NCBI GenBank assembly: GCA_964234715.1
Contig: OZ174285.1
Length of the DNA: 64,000 nt
Strand: one strand, 5' to 3'
Source: Podarcis melisellensis
Lineage: Eukaryota
The notes beneath the pieces are model-generated. The model did no database searches. It worked only from the letters and a program-made list of their open reading frames with translations, and was not told the origin of the DNA. The translations under genes were made by a program, and so were the position numbers. This document shows positions 14,640 to 27,502 of the stretch, in pieces; positions within the stretch are counted from its first letter, which is position 1; every line of letters begins with the position of its first letter.

Positions 14640-17600
14640 GCGCCATGACACCCTGCTGGAGAACAACTCTCTTTCCCTGTGGGCTTTTCACACAAGGCCA
14701 CAGTGGGAAACAAGAGGCTGGATGCCAAAATGTAGGTGTTTGGGATTCAGCTGAAACAGGAAATGATTCAGGATTTCAAATTTTGAAAACACTATAAAGC
14801 AGGAATAGGGTACCTGTGGCAACCCAGACATTCTTAGGCTCCCATCAACCCCATTCAGCATGGTCAGTGATCAAGGATGAAGGGAATTAAATACAACAAA
14901 TATTATTTATTTGTTTAGCTGAAGCCGTTACAAAAGATAAAATATATAAAGCAGAATAAAATAGATTACACAGCTAAAATAATTCTTTAGAACCAGATAT
15001 TTTGTCAGACAAAATTTAACTTATCATCCCCACAGACTGTTCTCCTTAAAATTGTTGCTGTAAAGCTCACGTTTTCAGAGGTGAAGGGGGACCTGTCCCC
15101 TAATGGGAGTTGTAATCCAGCCCCATCTGGCAGGACCATGCACTCCCCACATCTGTACTCAAGTAAGATCTGCCTCCCCATCTTTCTTATCATCACCTTT
15201 TGCTTTGTTGATTCCCCCATTCAGCCCCCACATGCCTCTCCTTCAACACCCATTTGGCAGGTTAAAAAGATTTTGTGAGGGCAGCTTTCCCCCTCCCCTC
15301 TGTTCAGTCAGGAGATTTGTTCTGTATTCTGCCGGCTTATGGTCTTGTCTCTGCTGTCTCATTCTGAGTGGGAGACTCCAGATTTGAAGGCTAATCTTCA
15401 GATATCCCACTGTGAAAAGCATAAGTCAACATAGCCATTGGCACAGATGAAAACCCCCTTTGACCTTGGGTAAAAATAGGAACCAAGAGACAGGCAGACA
15501 GCGTCAACCAGGCGCGCAACTTGCCGAGATGCTCCAAAAGGTGCATGATTTACTGGATCACAAACAACACTGGGGTCTGCTGAGACTTCATAGTTAAGCC
15601 ATCCAAGTGAGAAATTCATTCACTAATGACACGAGAAACCTTTCACAAATGCTTTCCCAGCCCTCAGAAGACCCCAGGACCCAGTCAGGAATTCTTCGTG
15701 GAGATTATATATAATTACATGCTGATGCGATTGAGGAAACGAGTTCACATGATTCATGTTCCTGGGTCAAAAAGGAAAAAAAATCTGGCAGATAATCCTA
15801 CAGCCCAGATCCAATGCGGATTTTATCTGATTTTACTTAAACAATGCTCAGTAATTACAGTCATTTTCAAGGCATTCAGCATAGCACCTGCGGCTGCCAG
15901 AAGATGAACAAACAACGGTTTTGGCCACCAGAGCGAAAGCCTAAAAACAAAAAACCAATCCTTTGGAAGCAAAAAAAAAGTGGTGGCTGGAAAATAATCA
16001 AGTGACCGCGCTGGGGGGATTTCGTTTTCAAAATATCAAAATAGCCCCGTGTGCTGAGTTTGTGGATTATTTTGTTTTTAAACAGAATTCATGGTATTAA
16101 CAACAGGAGGTCGAGGGCTGGAAGGCTCACCCCTTGATGACAGAGAAAGCAGCTCAGATAGCATCAGCTTTCACAGTCTGGAAACCTTAAAATAAAAATA
16201 ATTACATTTCTCAACAGAGCAATCATTGCAGGGGCAACAAGCTCTTGCAATGGGATGTCAGCAGGGCTTGCTAGCAAAACAGCTGCTTGGGATTATTCCC
16301 CTCTATATGCAAGGAAAACATGTTTCAACATTTAGGATGTTAACATGCCTCAGGCCGTCCTTGGAAGCAATTCAGTTACATTCAGCACACACCATAGTAA
16401 ATTATCCAAACTTTGTGTTGGGGTACGTTATGGGGGATCATCAAAGCAGGGCCCATTGATCACTGGTTCTGCTCTGGTATCGCCATCTGAAAGGAAAACA
16501 AGCAGCAGGTGATGGCAAATATATTTTTCATACAGCAGTTTTGGATCCTCTCTTGTGCGTGAAAGACCTTTCTTTCCCTGAGACTCTGGGGAAGCTGCAA
16601 CCAGTCAGAGCAGAGAATACTGTGCTAACTGGATGGATGACTTGTCTGACATGGTATAAAATAGCCTCCTGTAAGACAACTATTTGGCCAAGAAGAATAG
16701 CCTATAGCACCCTTACTGCTGAAGAGGCTGTCGGATGCAACTCTGCATGATTTGCAATTCTGCCCTTGCCAACTTACACTCAGCACTTGCTGCTGGTAAG
16801 CTGTTGTTTCACAGCTTTGTGCTGGGTAAGAATCGATCACTCCATCTCACATCTGCAGTGCAGATGCTATGGAATTAACCACTGGCTGCATCTCTGAATA
16901 ATTCCCTGCTCTGGCCTCACCTCCTTCCAATCAACGCCCAGTCACTCCTGATGCAGGGACCCAGCAAGTTTGCCCACCGTTGCAGGAGGTTTTCCATTGC
17001 ATTTCTGCATGAGTAAGTGCTCTGAGCTTTTCTTTCCAACCAGGACGAATGCTTACTTTAGTGACTCATGCACAAACATGGGGACTGGGCTCCTCTGAGG
17101 GCGGGTAATTTTTATTCTTACACATTCTAGTTGTTGCGCATTCCAGATTTAATTCCCAAATAAGTGTAATCTAGCAAACGCTTGGGAAACACAAGGAGGG
17201 GGCTGAATGACACCCCACACACATATTGAAAGAATGTGTGGGTCACAATGCCTTCGATCGGGGCCCTTCCTCATCAGCAACTGCTCTATGTACATGCAAC
17301 AATGTGCCTCAACTGTTCAAAGATTCTGAACATCCACATTTGCTTTGCAGATTTAACATGCGTTGGTGGACAATGGGAATTCCAGCAGCAGCAATAACAA
17401 AGGTTGATTTTATTTGATTTTATCCATTGTATACTTTTTGAAATTCTTACATACACCACTTAGAAATTCCAATGATTAAGGGGTCTGCTAGAAATATTCA
17501 GCGGACTTTTTTGAGTTTGGTCCATTCTAGATTTACTGGCTCATGCTGTAACAAGGGACTCAGCTTTACAGCTGCAACATTTTAAACTGGTTGTAAAGTA

Positions 17601-17734
17601 CAATGTACAAATGTGACACTAGATGACGAAAGTGAGCTATGCAAAATTCAATGTATTTTTCAGAACTTTTTTTTTAAAAAGCATTTTCACCGCACTTTTT
17701 ATATGTGTGTAGATTACACCAAGATGTAGTGTTG

Positions 17735-17990
17735 ATGGCCAGCAACTGAAACAGCTTTAAAACATTTCATAGCAGATAAGGTTGCTGGTCACAATGGTTA
17801 TATGATGCCTCTGGGTTCAGAGGCAGCACGTGTCTCTCAATGTCAGCTGCTGGGAAACAACACCTAGGGAGGGTTTTGCTCCCATCTGCCCTGGCTTGTG
17901 GCCGAGACATTTGGTTGGCTGCTGTGAGAGGCAGGATGCTTAAATAGGTTTATGGTGTGTTGTAGCAGGATAGCTCGTCTTATGTTCCTG
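17735..17990 (+). mobile_element. CR1-family 3' fragment
   Basis: Similar to 30470-30680; ends TCTTATGTTC. Confidence 0.5.
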
Positions 17991-19662
17991 TATGCATTAA
18001 GGCTGGTGTGTTGATTTTAAGCAGAAGTTACAACTAATCAAGTTCAGGAAACAGGTCATTGGAAACTTTGACCCTGATAATATTCAGCCATATCCAAATC
18101 AAAGTGGGGGAACTTATTGTACTTTCCCATCACTAACAGTCTCAGTATTCTTACTCTGTGCCCTTCAGCAAAGCTATGCACTTTAATATTAGCACAATCC
18201 ATTCCATATGTTTAACCTTATGACCCTCTAATCTCCACCTAAGCTGCAAGGAAAGGAAAGAAAGCTTAATCATTATATATAATTTCAAAACATTCCTGAC
18301 TACACTCAGAACATTGCCTTAGGAACATAATTAAGGGAACAAGAATAATTCTCCATTGTAGAGGCTATGGTGGAGAGAGACAATCATTTCTGGCAGAATT
18401 GATTATTTTCAATAGAGGTGATGTAAATTCTGAGAACAGACATTGAGCAGTAGCCAACTTCCACCGGCACAAGGATTTGTGTTTGTGCAATGGAACTTCT
18501 TCTCTCGCTCCTTGCACAAACCCCCTGCACCCCCCCCAAAAAAAAATCTGCTCCTGAAGGTTGGGAAAAACCAAGAACATGTTTAGGGTGTGGGGAGGAG
18601 AAGTTCTGTTGTGCAGCCAAAAGTCCTTGCACACTGATGCATATTAATATTATTCTCATTTATTCCATTTATACTGAATAACATTTGGCATGTTGTTCAG
18701 GATCATCTCCAGATCACGTTTTACTAAGCACCTAAACTAGCAAAGCATCCAAACAATGCCATCATTCTCATTACACAATGAACTCAAGAGGCCAGGAGCC
18801 ATGTGAAAGGATTCTCTTTGTGTGCCCTGTCCCTTCCAGGAGGTAGAATGAGTATGTCATGCCCAAATCCTGGAGCCAGCATGGCTAACATAAAAAGATG
18901 ATGAGCCCAGATATATTTTCCTGCCCCCTTCCTCTCCAAGCATCATCATGTCTCCCACTAGACCAGAAATAGTGCCAAATTTTAGGTAATTCCCCTTACA
19001 AAACTGTGCTTCTGCATCACTACAAAGTTCTTTTAAAAAGGTGAGGGGACAAGGGCCAGGAAATTAAGGGCTTTCACTAAGGAACATGGAGCTTATTTGT
19101 GTTCCACAACTACTACTACATTAAGAAGAGCAAGTCTACCATCTAGTGGCCAGCCTGGTTATTTACACCCCTCTAAAGCCGCCTACCTCTTTTGAGAAGT
19201 GATGAACATAGGACAAGTAACCAAGAAACAACAAAAAAAAAACCCCACAGAAATGTCACACAGATAAGTCACCTGGAGTCCTCAGTTCAGAGATTATCCC
19301 AATGCTGCATGTGTCACTGTTGTCACTGTAGGGATATGATAGAAGCTGTACCCAACAAAACTTAATAAAGTTGCAAAAGGAATGCAGGGAAGCAGAGCTC
19401 CAGAACTTTTTTCAGAACAGGAGCAATGGCGCCATTAGCTTGGAGCGGCAGGGTCACAGATAGTCCCTATATGGCTGCTCTGGCAAGCAAATGGAGTAAT
19501 CATGAGGCTTTCAAGTTTCTTTGCCAGATTAGCAGTCACCAAATGAGGAAAATAATTAGGCTAAACATATATTTTCTTTTCTTATTCATTTCCAAAATGT
19601 CATGTCCCAGCCCACAGATCTATGAAATTTACCAATTTATAGAGCTAAAGTCCAGGTAGGAC

Positions 19663-19814
19663 CAGTGCTTTTTTCTAGACAAAGAGGTGCTGGTACTCAC
19701 CATGAGGTCGTTACAGTAAGTGCCACACTTTTTAAATACCAAAAAAAAGAAAAGAAAAAAAGAGAGAGGTGCCGGTATTGCGTACCCTTGACTACCCCCT
19801 GAAAAAAGGCCCTT
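19663..19814. mobile_element. hAT-type MITE, same family as 33938-34054
   Basis: TSD GGTAGGAC/GGTAAGAC; shared internal sequence. Confidence 0.75.
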
Positions 19815-20826
19815 GGTAAGACTATAAAGTCTGACAATTTCATAGATCTATGGGCCAAAGCGCTGCATTACGCTTAGATGTCTAGCTTAGCTCCTATTCA
19901 AAAGTGTCTGGGCCCTGAGTGGAGAGAAGTTAGTGGCAACGTTGCCACCACCAAAGCAGCAACAGAGAAAGCATGTGTTGGCAGCCACCAGCAGAGATAG
20001 GCACTGTCCTGGTTTTGGAGGAAAGGTTGGTGCATGATAAGCACCATGCTAAGGGTCCCCCAAAATCTGGCACCAGTTGTGCTCACTGTGGAAGCTGCCA
20101 TGATGAGCTCCAGCTGTTGGCATATATGAAACTGAAAATCAAAGTTCTGTATTGAAAATCTTAAACTTTATAAATTACACAAACAAAAGACATTCTCACA
20201 AGTGTCACACAATTGACAGCCCAACTCTGTGTGTAAAGGCTCGCAAGTGACCTGCACTGAATTTAATAAGATGTGTTTGGTGGCAATCATAGGACTGCTG
20301 CCTTAGTGCAGCCTCTGCTATGCATGTTGAAAGATAACGTGCTATATGCGGAATGAAATTTTGCCCATGAAACCTTGGATCAATTTTGTCAGTTTGGCCC
20401 GTTGTCACAGACTTCAGGAATTTCCCACTGTAATGCCTCCTTTCAAACCCTTAATAAATATAAACATTTAAATATGCACATAATGTGAGCTTTGTGACTG
20501 AGTGATGTGATAAAATTGCAGGGCTACCTCCCCCCTAAAAAAATGATGCCATCCAGTTGTGTTTGTGGAAAACCTTACCACTATTTTGTTCCCAAGTGTG
20601 GCACTTTATTCTCTCCTAAAGGAGTGAGATGAGCACTGCAGCTGGCCCTAATGGTCAGGGGTACCTTTACTTTTAAAGGAGCAATCTATTACAGAAAATG
20701 AATGCATTAAAAGAAAAAAGGTTGGCTATATTAGGATAGGTTAACTCTTTCTGTTGAACTCAGCTATTAAGATCCAAGCCTGCCCCTACTATAATAGGCA
20801 TATATTGTTTCTTGGTCACGCTAGAG

Positions 20827-20962
20827 CAGGCACCCCCAAACTAGGCCCTCCAGATATTTTGAGATTACAATTCCTATCATCCCTGACCACTGGTCCTGTT
20901 AGCTAGGGGTGATGGGAGTTGTAGTCCAAAAACATCTGGAGGGCAGTGTTTGGGGATGCCTG
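20827..20962. mobile_element. Foldback MITE
   Basis: Largely palindromic 136-nt element CAGGCA...TGCCTG; inverted paralog at 38187-38322. Confidence 0.75.
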
Positions 20963-21846
20963 CCCAAGGGCATGACAGAATGCCAGGAACTGTTCTTTCT
21001 GTATAGAACAGTATTCAGCTCATCAAGAGTTGGGAACCTATGGACTTAGGGAGTGTAGACACAGAACCAAAGAAACTGGCAGACCAAAGAGCAAAGCTTT
21101 GAAGGGTCCAAGTGAGGTTCAGTCATTGAATATGGACAGCAAGCAACCTTTTTGGCCGAAAGATTGCTACCTCACACTAATTCTGGGCACATTAGCAGTT
21201 GTATACCTGCTGTTTAAGATGTTTTTAAAAAAGAAATAAAATTGCTATAATCTACTTGCTATTCTTCTTTCAAGGCAATGGGGCAGAGAAACAGTGCATG
21301 AGCAACATGTGGTCAGTTTTCATGTTAGAAAGGAATGAAGGATCCTCTTCCTTTTCAGAGGACAAAAAGGCAGTTAAAGCATTAAGAGTCCTAATAACAC
21401 CAGCTACAGTGTTTGAAATTAGCCAGGCGCCAAGTGAAGATGTGCGGGTTCCAGGAGAGTGCCTGACATCTCCACTGTCTGGAGGTGCATGCCTGGGGAT
21501 CATTGCAACTTGACTGTTTCCACACACTAATACCATATCCTGTAGAATTCTATCGGCTATATTTTATCTGCACAATCAGAATGAATTTCAGGAACCAAAC
21601 TGCTTTTTTCTGGGCAGCCTGAGGAGAGGCAGTAAACAATGTTATAGTTAATGGTTGTAGCTTGTCTTTGCTTACCCAACTTGCCTTGCTCAGTTGTCTT
21701 ACATTATGAATGGTCTGTGTTGCCATTAAGAAACTGAATAGGCCAATATACCTGTGGACTACCCCTGGATAAAATGTCTTCTCTTTTTTAAGTTCTTAAA
21801 GCTCTTAACCTAGCTCATGAACTAGCCAGATGTTTAACTGATAATT

Positions 21847-22234
21847 AGGTAAAAGGGTAAGGGACCCCTGGACATTTTTTAAAGTGTCTTGTCAAAGATG
21901 ACCATGGGGTGCGCTGCTCATCTTGCTTCAGGCCAAGGGAGCTGGCGTTTGTCCACAGCCAGCTTTCCGGGTCATGTGGCCAGCATGACTAAACCGCTTC
22001 TGGTGCAACGGAAGACTGTGATGGAAACCAGAGCACACGGAAACGCCATTTACCTTCCGGCTGCAGCGGTACCTATTTATCTATTTGCACTGGTGTGTTT
22101 TTGAACTATTAGGTTGGCAGGAGCTGGGACAGAGCAATGGGAGCTCACTCCATCGTGAGGATTCGAACCACCAACCATCTGATCGGCAAGCCCAAGAGAC
22201 TTAGTGGTTTAGATCACAGTGCCACCCATGTCCC
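21847..22234 (-). mobile_element. Sauria-type SINE, near full length
   Basis: tRNA-like head (GGTTCGAATCC B box) on the minus strand, ACCTTT-type tail, TSD ACTGATAATT at 21837-21846 and 22236-22245. Confidence 0.85.
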
Positions 22235-22718
22235 TACTGATAATTGCCTGATTTTTTTTTTCAAATGATGGACTGACTGTGAATAAGACCTTTGGCCATC
22301 TGCTTAAACTAGTCCTTTCCACAGGGAGAGCATGGAAAAACAAACTTGCATTGCCTTATGTTATAATAAATACAAACTGACAATTTTACCATAGCCAAAA
22401 AAGATAGGGGACACCACTGTTACAGAGAAATTGAAGAACAAGTGTGAATAGCCAGACCACTGCAAAAGAAAACTGATTTGTGGAAAAATGGGCCGAATTT
22501 CTAAAGTACACTAGAAGTACAGGAATTGATTATATCTTCAAAGCAACACAGTAATTAAATTAACTGGGAAAGTAAACTTAAAAAAAAGTTTAAGCCTACA
22601 GTGGGTTACTTTTGTTTCTTGTTATTAAAGTAAACAAGGAATCTCCCTCATGTTAGAGTATTTCAATCAAGAAGGCCACCGACAACTGTAACTTACTCAG
22701 AGTATTAATTGAATGTGT

Positions 22719-22724
22719 TTTATT
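22719..22724 (-). terminator. SUB1: Probable SUB1 polyadenylation signal AATAAA
   Basis: AATAAA on the minus strand about 225 nt after the stop, followed by GU-rich sequence; ATTAAA variants lie just upstream. Confidence 0.55.
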
Positions 22725-22947
22725 TTACACCATGATGTGAGAACATAACACCTGTTTAATAAAAGTATACACATTTGTAACTTCACCCAGAATACACTTT
22801 TAATGCACATTAAAAAAGCGCTCATCTTACAAATTGTTTTGCAATCCAAATATACAATAGCTTGGAAAACAAATAGTTTAGAAAATGAATGCCAATGTAA
22901 AAAGACTACTTAAACCTATAACAGTAGAGTTTCTGCATGGCTCATCT

Positions 22948-23027
22948 TTACAGTTTTCTTACTGCTTCATCAATATCAGTAATCTGTTCCTTCAACTGGC
23001 TCCACTGTTCTGGATTTAGAGAGATAC
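22948..23027 (-). CDS. SUB1: SUB1/PC4 last coding exon ([26 protein letters not shown])
   Basis: Acceptor tttactttag|GT; translation matches the PC4 C-terminus; TAA at 22948-22950; phase matches the preceding exon. Confidence 0.97.
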
Positions 23028-24419
23028 CTAAAGTAAACCAAAACAAATCCTTGGAGGTTATTACAAATTCACACTTATGCTATAAACACACTTACACAAC
23101 TGCAGAATTCACAATGCTGTCCTGTTGAGGATGCTTCAAGAGAACCTCAACTTTTGTATTAAAAAATGCAGATTTGAGGACAAGAAACTTGAAAGGTAGG
23201 ATCTCAGAAGAGTTGGGGGGTCAAGGGCAATCAGCGCCTCTATGATCCAAGTCAAAATTTATGCAGTACAAAGTAGATAATCCCTCTTCAGGAATTCTAC
23301 CAAGCCAAGTATTTACGCAAGACCAGAGAAACAAGTTACCTGGAAGTCACTCTTGACATGGTTCACTTGTAACATTATACACAGCAGAGCTTGTTGTAGT
23401 TAAGACTTCAAACACTCATCAAAATGTTACTTGCAGTTTCTCAGCCCAGTTTAAAAGTGCCTAGATATTAACAGCCACAGAATATTAAAGGAGATACATA
23501 CCTAAGCCTCAAAGGCCTTAAAAGCTGGAGGGGTTGTGACATGCTGATTCAGCACACAAGTACTGTACCATCCAAACAACAGACTGAAAGATTAGTAGGA
23601 CCAGCACTGACAGCACAATCCAAACAAACAGCTAGTTATTCAAGGAACTTTGTCTCCTTTTGACCTACTTGTTTCCTGCTCTTTGAATGGAAACCACACA
23701 GAGTGCAAACAGTATGACCAGGAAGGGCATACAGGACAGATATGCAAGTCAGCCTGCCCATTTATTTGCATTCTATGATCAGAATTATTTATTTCTTTTT
23801 GTATTTCAGTAGGCATAGCTAGAGCACAGATCAGCTCAAAGTCTTGCACAGACATTTTAAGGATCTACAAGACTCCATAAAGTTCTTTCCTTTCTCACCT
23901 CCTCAGGCCTGGCATCACCTAGGATTTCTGTCAACAGGATCAAAACAAAACAAAACTGAACGCAGCTCAAAATTCACTTTCGAGAACTTTGAGTTATATG
24001 CAATACCAAAACATGAATGGGTGGGGATGGAAGGGAATGTGTGCAAAATGAGAGGTAGGTGGTGATCTTAAGTTAGATCCCTAAGCCAATAACCTAACAA
24101 ACCTGAATGGGCACCAGAACTGCTGGGGCCAGAGAAACAGGAACCTCCAAATAGGTCTATGTCCAACCTGTCTGTATCTACTTTGAGGGTAGGCAAACCA
24201 AGAGCAGGGAAACAAAGGAATGTTTGGTTGTGTTCAGATTGGCCACTTCACACAAACTAGTTAAATATAGTGTGACTGAATGTGAAAAAGGACACAATCT
24301 GTATGCCTTTAGTAGCTGTGTAGAACAGGGAATTTGGGTAGATGTGTCTTGCCATGTCGTGTCTGGTATATCTAAGTAGTAATGATGATGTGGAAGAATG
24401 GACTGTACTCACAACCCTT

Positions 24420-24488
24420 TATTATTCTGTTGGGAGCCGCCCAGAGTGGCTGAGGAAACCCAGCCAGATGGACATGGTATAAATAATA

Positions 24489-24534
<46 letters not shown>

Positions 24535-24560
24535 TACTACTACTACAACAACAACAACAC
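24420..24560 (+). repeat. LINE 3' tail with (TTA)n(CTA)n(CAA)n microsatellite
   Basis: Direct reading; shared with 57075-57160. Confidence 0.75.
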
Positions 24561-24678
24561 TTATTGCTACACCTAATTACCCTGACTTAGATGTTTAGGT
24601 ATGGGGCCCAAAAACCCATTATAGTGCATAATGTATTATCAAAAACTGTAGTCACCATGCAGACAACATAAGAATTAC

Positions 24679-24787
24679 CTTTTCTGCCAGGTTTCATTTC
24701 ACCTTCTTGATCCATCCAGTATTCTCTAATATCAATTAGGACTTTACCTTTAAAATCACGAACACTGACATATCTCATTTTACCAAT
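24679..24787 (-). CDS. SUB1: SUB1 coding exon 3 ([37 protein letters not shown]), ssDNA-binding domain
   Basis: PC4 domain signature; gacag| acceptor and AAG|gtaatt donor; 109 nt. Confidence 0.98.
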
Positions 24788-25284
24788 CTGTCAACAAATT
24801 AGAGAACTAAATCATTATTTCACCAAACACATGATACAGCTCTTCAAGCACTATTAAGGTCTTGTGTATGATACAAAGTAAAACTAGAGTTTATTTTCGA
24901 GATTATGGGATCAAGCGTTTCTTCTCAGTGAAATCTCTTACAACTAACAGGCAATGACAGCAAGAGACAGGAGAAGCCAAATCATTCTGCAGAAGTTATT
25001 GCTAAACCAAACTGATTTATTTCCTTTTTCTCAGAAGCGTGCTTTTTTATAGAAATATTGTCAAGGAATATAAAAAAACTCAATCACCTTCAGCCCTTTA
25101 ACTAATGAGGATGAAATCATCATCCTAGCCTTGGGCTTTCAGAAGTATGAATCCACATTCAAATTGAGAAATAGGGTAGATACAGTTCAGTAAATTTTGG
25201 TCTTCAAACTTATGCATATATGAGATTATGATTAGCATCTGGAAGTAACCTTAAGTGAAAGGCAACCAAGCTGATTTCCAAGTA

Positions 25285-25497
25285 CAGTCGTACCTCTTTT
25301 TGCGTCTGGGATCTGTTCCGGAGCCCTGGACACGATGAAAGGGTGCTCAACAATGTGCTGCTTTGTGCATAGTGCAATTTAGCACTTCTGCACGTGCGGC
25401 AAACTCGGAAGTAACCCGTTCTGTTACTTCTGGGTCTGCCACGGACGTTTGATGAAATGGACCCTAAACGGGGCGGACTCAAAATGAGGTACAGCTG
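25285..25497. mobile_element. Tc1/mariner MITE in a SUB1 intron
   Basis: TIR CAGTCGTACCTCTTTT / AAAATGAGGTACAGCTG with TA flanks. Confidence 0.75.
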
Positions 25498-27382
25498 TAC
25501 AGTGAAAATGTGCTAGGCTCCAACTAGAGGCCTATATTTAGCTTAGGGCACCAAACCCATACGCAAGCAGTTTCAAGATTAGTGTTCAGGTTGCACCATC
25601 AAGAGAAAAAAACATTCTGAAAGCATTAAAGCAGGAAACTGCAGCCTACAGAATGCTAGTTAGAAAAATTGATAGCAGCTGATATTCTCAGAAGCCTAGC
25701 TCAAAAAGTAGTGAACCATATTTTTAAAAAATAGGGTGGATAATGATGCAACAGTTTTGGTCAAGGATATTACACTAAGTGCACCGAGATGCAAAAGCAC
25801 CTTCCTATAATTCTAAAACTACTAAACTGTCTGAAGACCCCCAAAAATGCCACACATATTTGCTGGATTGAATAGCTTCTGTATCTGTTGTATTTCAAAG
25901 GATTACCAAAATCTCTACCACTGAAGATGTCAAGAACATCTTGGATGTGCCTTGGCTATCAAGAGTATAATCTTAATATATTTTGTAATGCGAGGAGTAA
26001 CATCTGAAATGTTTTTAAATGTTGACTCCTATGTGCTTAAGAGTTTCAACATACACAACTGTAAGTTCCACTAGCTCAGGCCTCCTCACTTGTTATAATC
26101 TTCCCTTTTCTGCATGCAGCAACACCCCAATCTCATGCAAATGGCCCATGACCACTGAACAGGACTTTGAAATACACAGTTCCTGCCCATAAGCAAATTT
26201 TCCTACACCTAGCCCACTACCTCCACGTCTCTAACCCCCCCCCCATCTCTGCTCCTTATTTGCCAACTTCACCAGCACCTCCGGACACTTCAATTACTTT
26301 CCACTCTCAGAGTAAACATGTAGAACCAATGGGGGGAAAACTCCATGCAAAATGTTATTATAACAGTAATTTGCTTAAGGTCACCCATCAAGTTCCTAGT
26401 TGTACTGTAATTTGAAGCAAATAGTTCCTAGCTCAACCAGAATACTGCTTACCAATTAGCTGTCCACAGTAGTACAAAAATGGATAATTATAAAATCAAG
26501 CTTTCTAAACTGCATACCTTTAATTAAGAACACTCTTCAACTTTTCATGCTTGCTGCATAAGCAACTATCGGATCACACTACAGATAGTAGTGTTAAACA
26601 TAACACAGACCATCTGGGATCCAGTAATCTTCATTTATTTGGCAACAGATCAGATGTACCATTCAAGTACAATTTTCAACATTTCGTTTCGGATTAAAGT
26701 TCAGTATAGTTTTTCTTTGTGTGAGCATCACACAGGCATGGACTAGTTCCTCAGTGAAGCAGAATTTAATGTGCTTTCTACTCATGTCATTCATAGACAA
26801 GCTAAGATGTTTTGACATATCTGTGCCAGTCAAATTAAAACTGCTCCCATCTTTCAGTCCAGCAGCCCCCAGCAAGCAAGGCCACCAAACCCCAGACAGG
26901 AAAATACTGTTGCTTGGGGAAGTTCAGCTTCCTTCCTGACCCTACCCACTACTGACTGATCCTAAACAAAATCAATTTTACTTCTCCAGCTCTCCTACTT
27001 CACGTCACTCCCTTTGTGTTACTGACACTGACTAGTAGTGGGAAAACTGTTTCTGCAAGAACATAAAGCTTCTGAGTCCATATAGCTGTTCTTTGGATGA
27101 AGGTCAGTATACAAATATAATTTAATAAATAAATAAATAGCAGTTTAGGAAAGCTACAACTATATCTGTCTGCTGGTGCTTGTGTACTAGAAGCTTGTAA
27201 ATGGGTTTAGCTCACAGTCGTCTTAAGGATTCCAATCTTGTAAAGTTATGAAAACAGAACACTGGCTTTATTTATTTTCCTGATGATGACGACAGGTCTT
27301 CCGCTTTGTAAAATTTAAGTACAACCCACAACACAAGAACTAGGTATCCCACCAACTACTCAAAATAAGAGCCACCAGTTAC

Positions 27383-27502
27383 CTGAAACATATTCTCATC
27401 TCTGTTGCTACTTTGCTTGGAGGAGGCGGCACCTTTGGAGCTTTCACCAGTCTTCTGTTTCTTCACAGGCTTTTCAGGCACTGCTTGTTTTTTCCTTTTC
27501 AC
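27383..27502 (-). CDS. SUB1: SUB1 coding exon 2 ([40 protein letters not shown]), lysine-rich region
   Basis: 120 nt, phase 0/0, caag| acceptor and CAG|gtaact donor; matches the PC4 K-rich segment. Confidence 0.96.
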
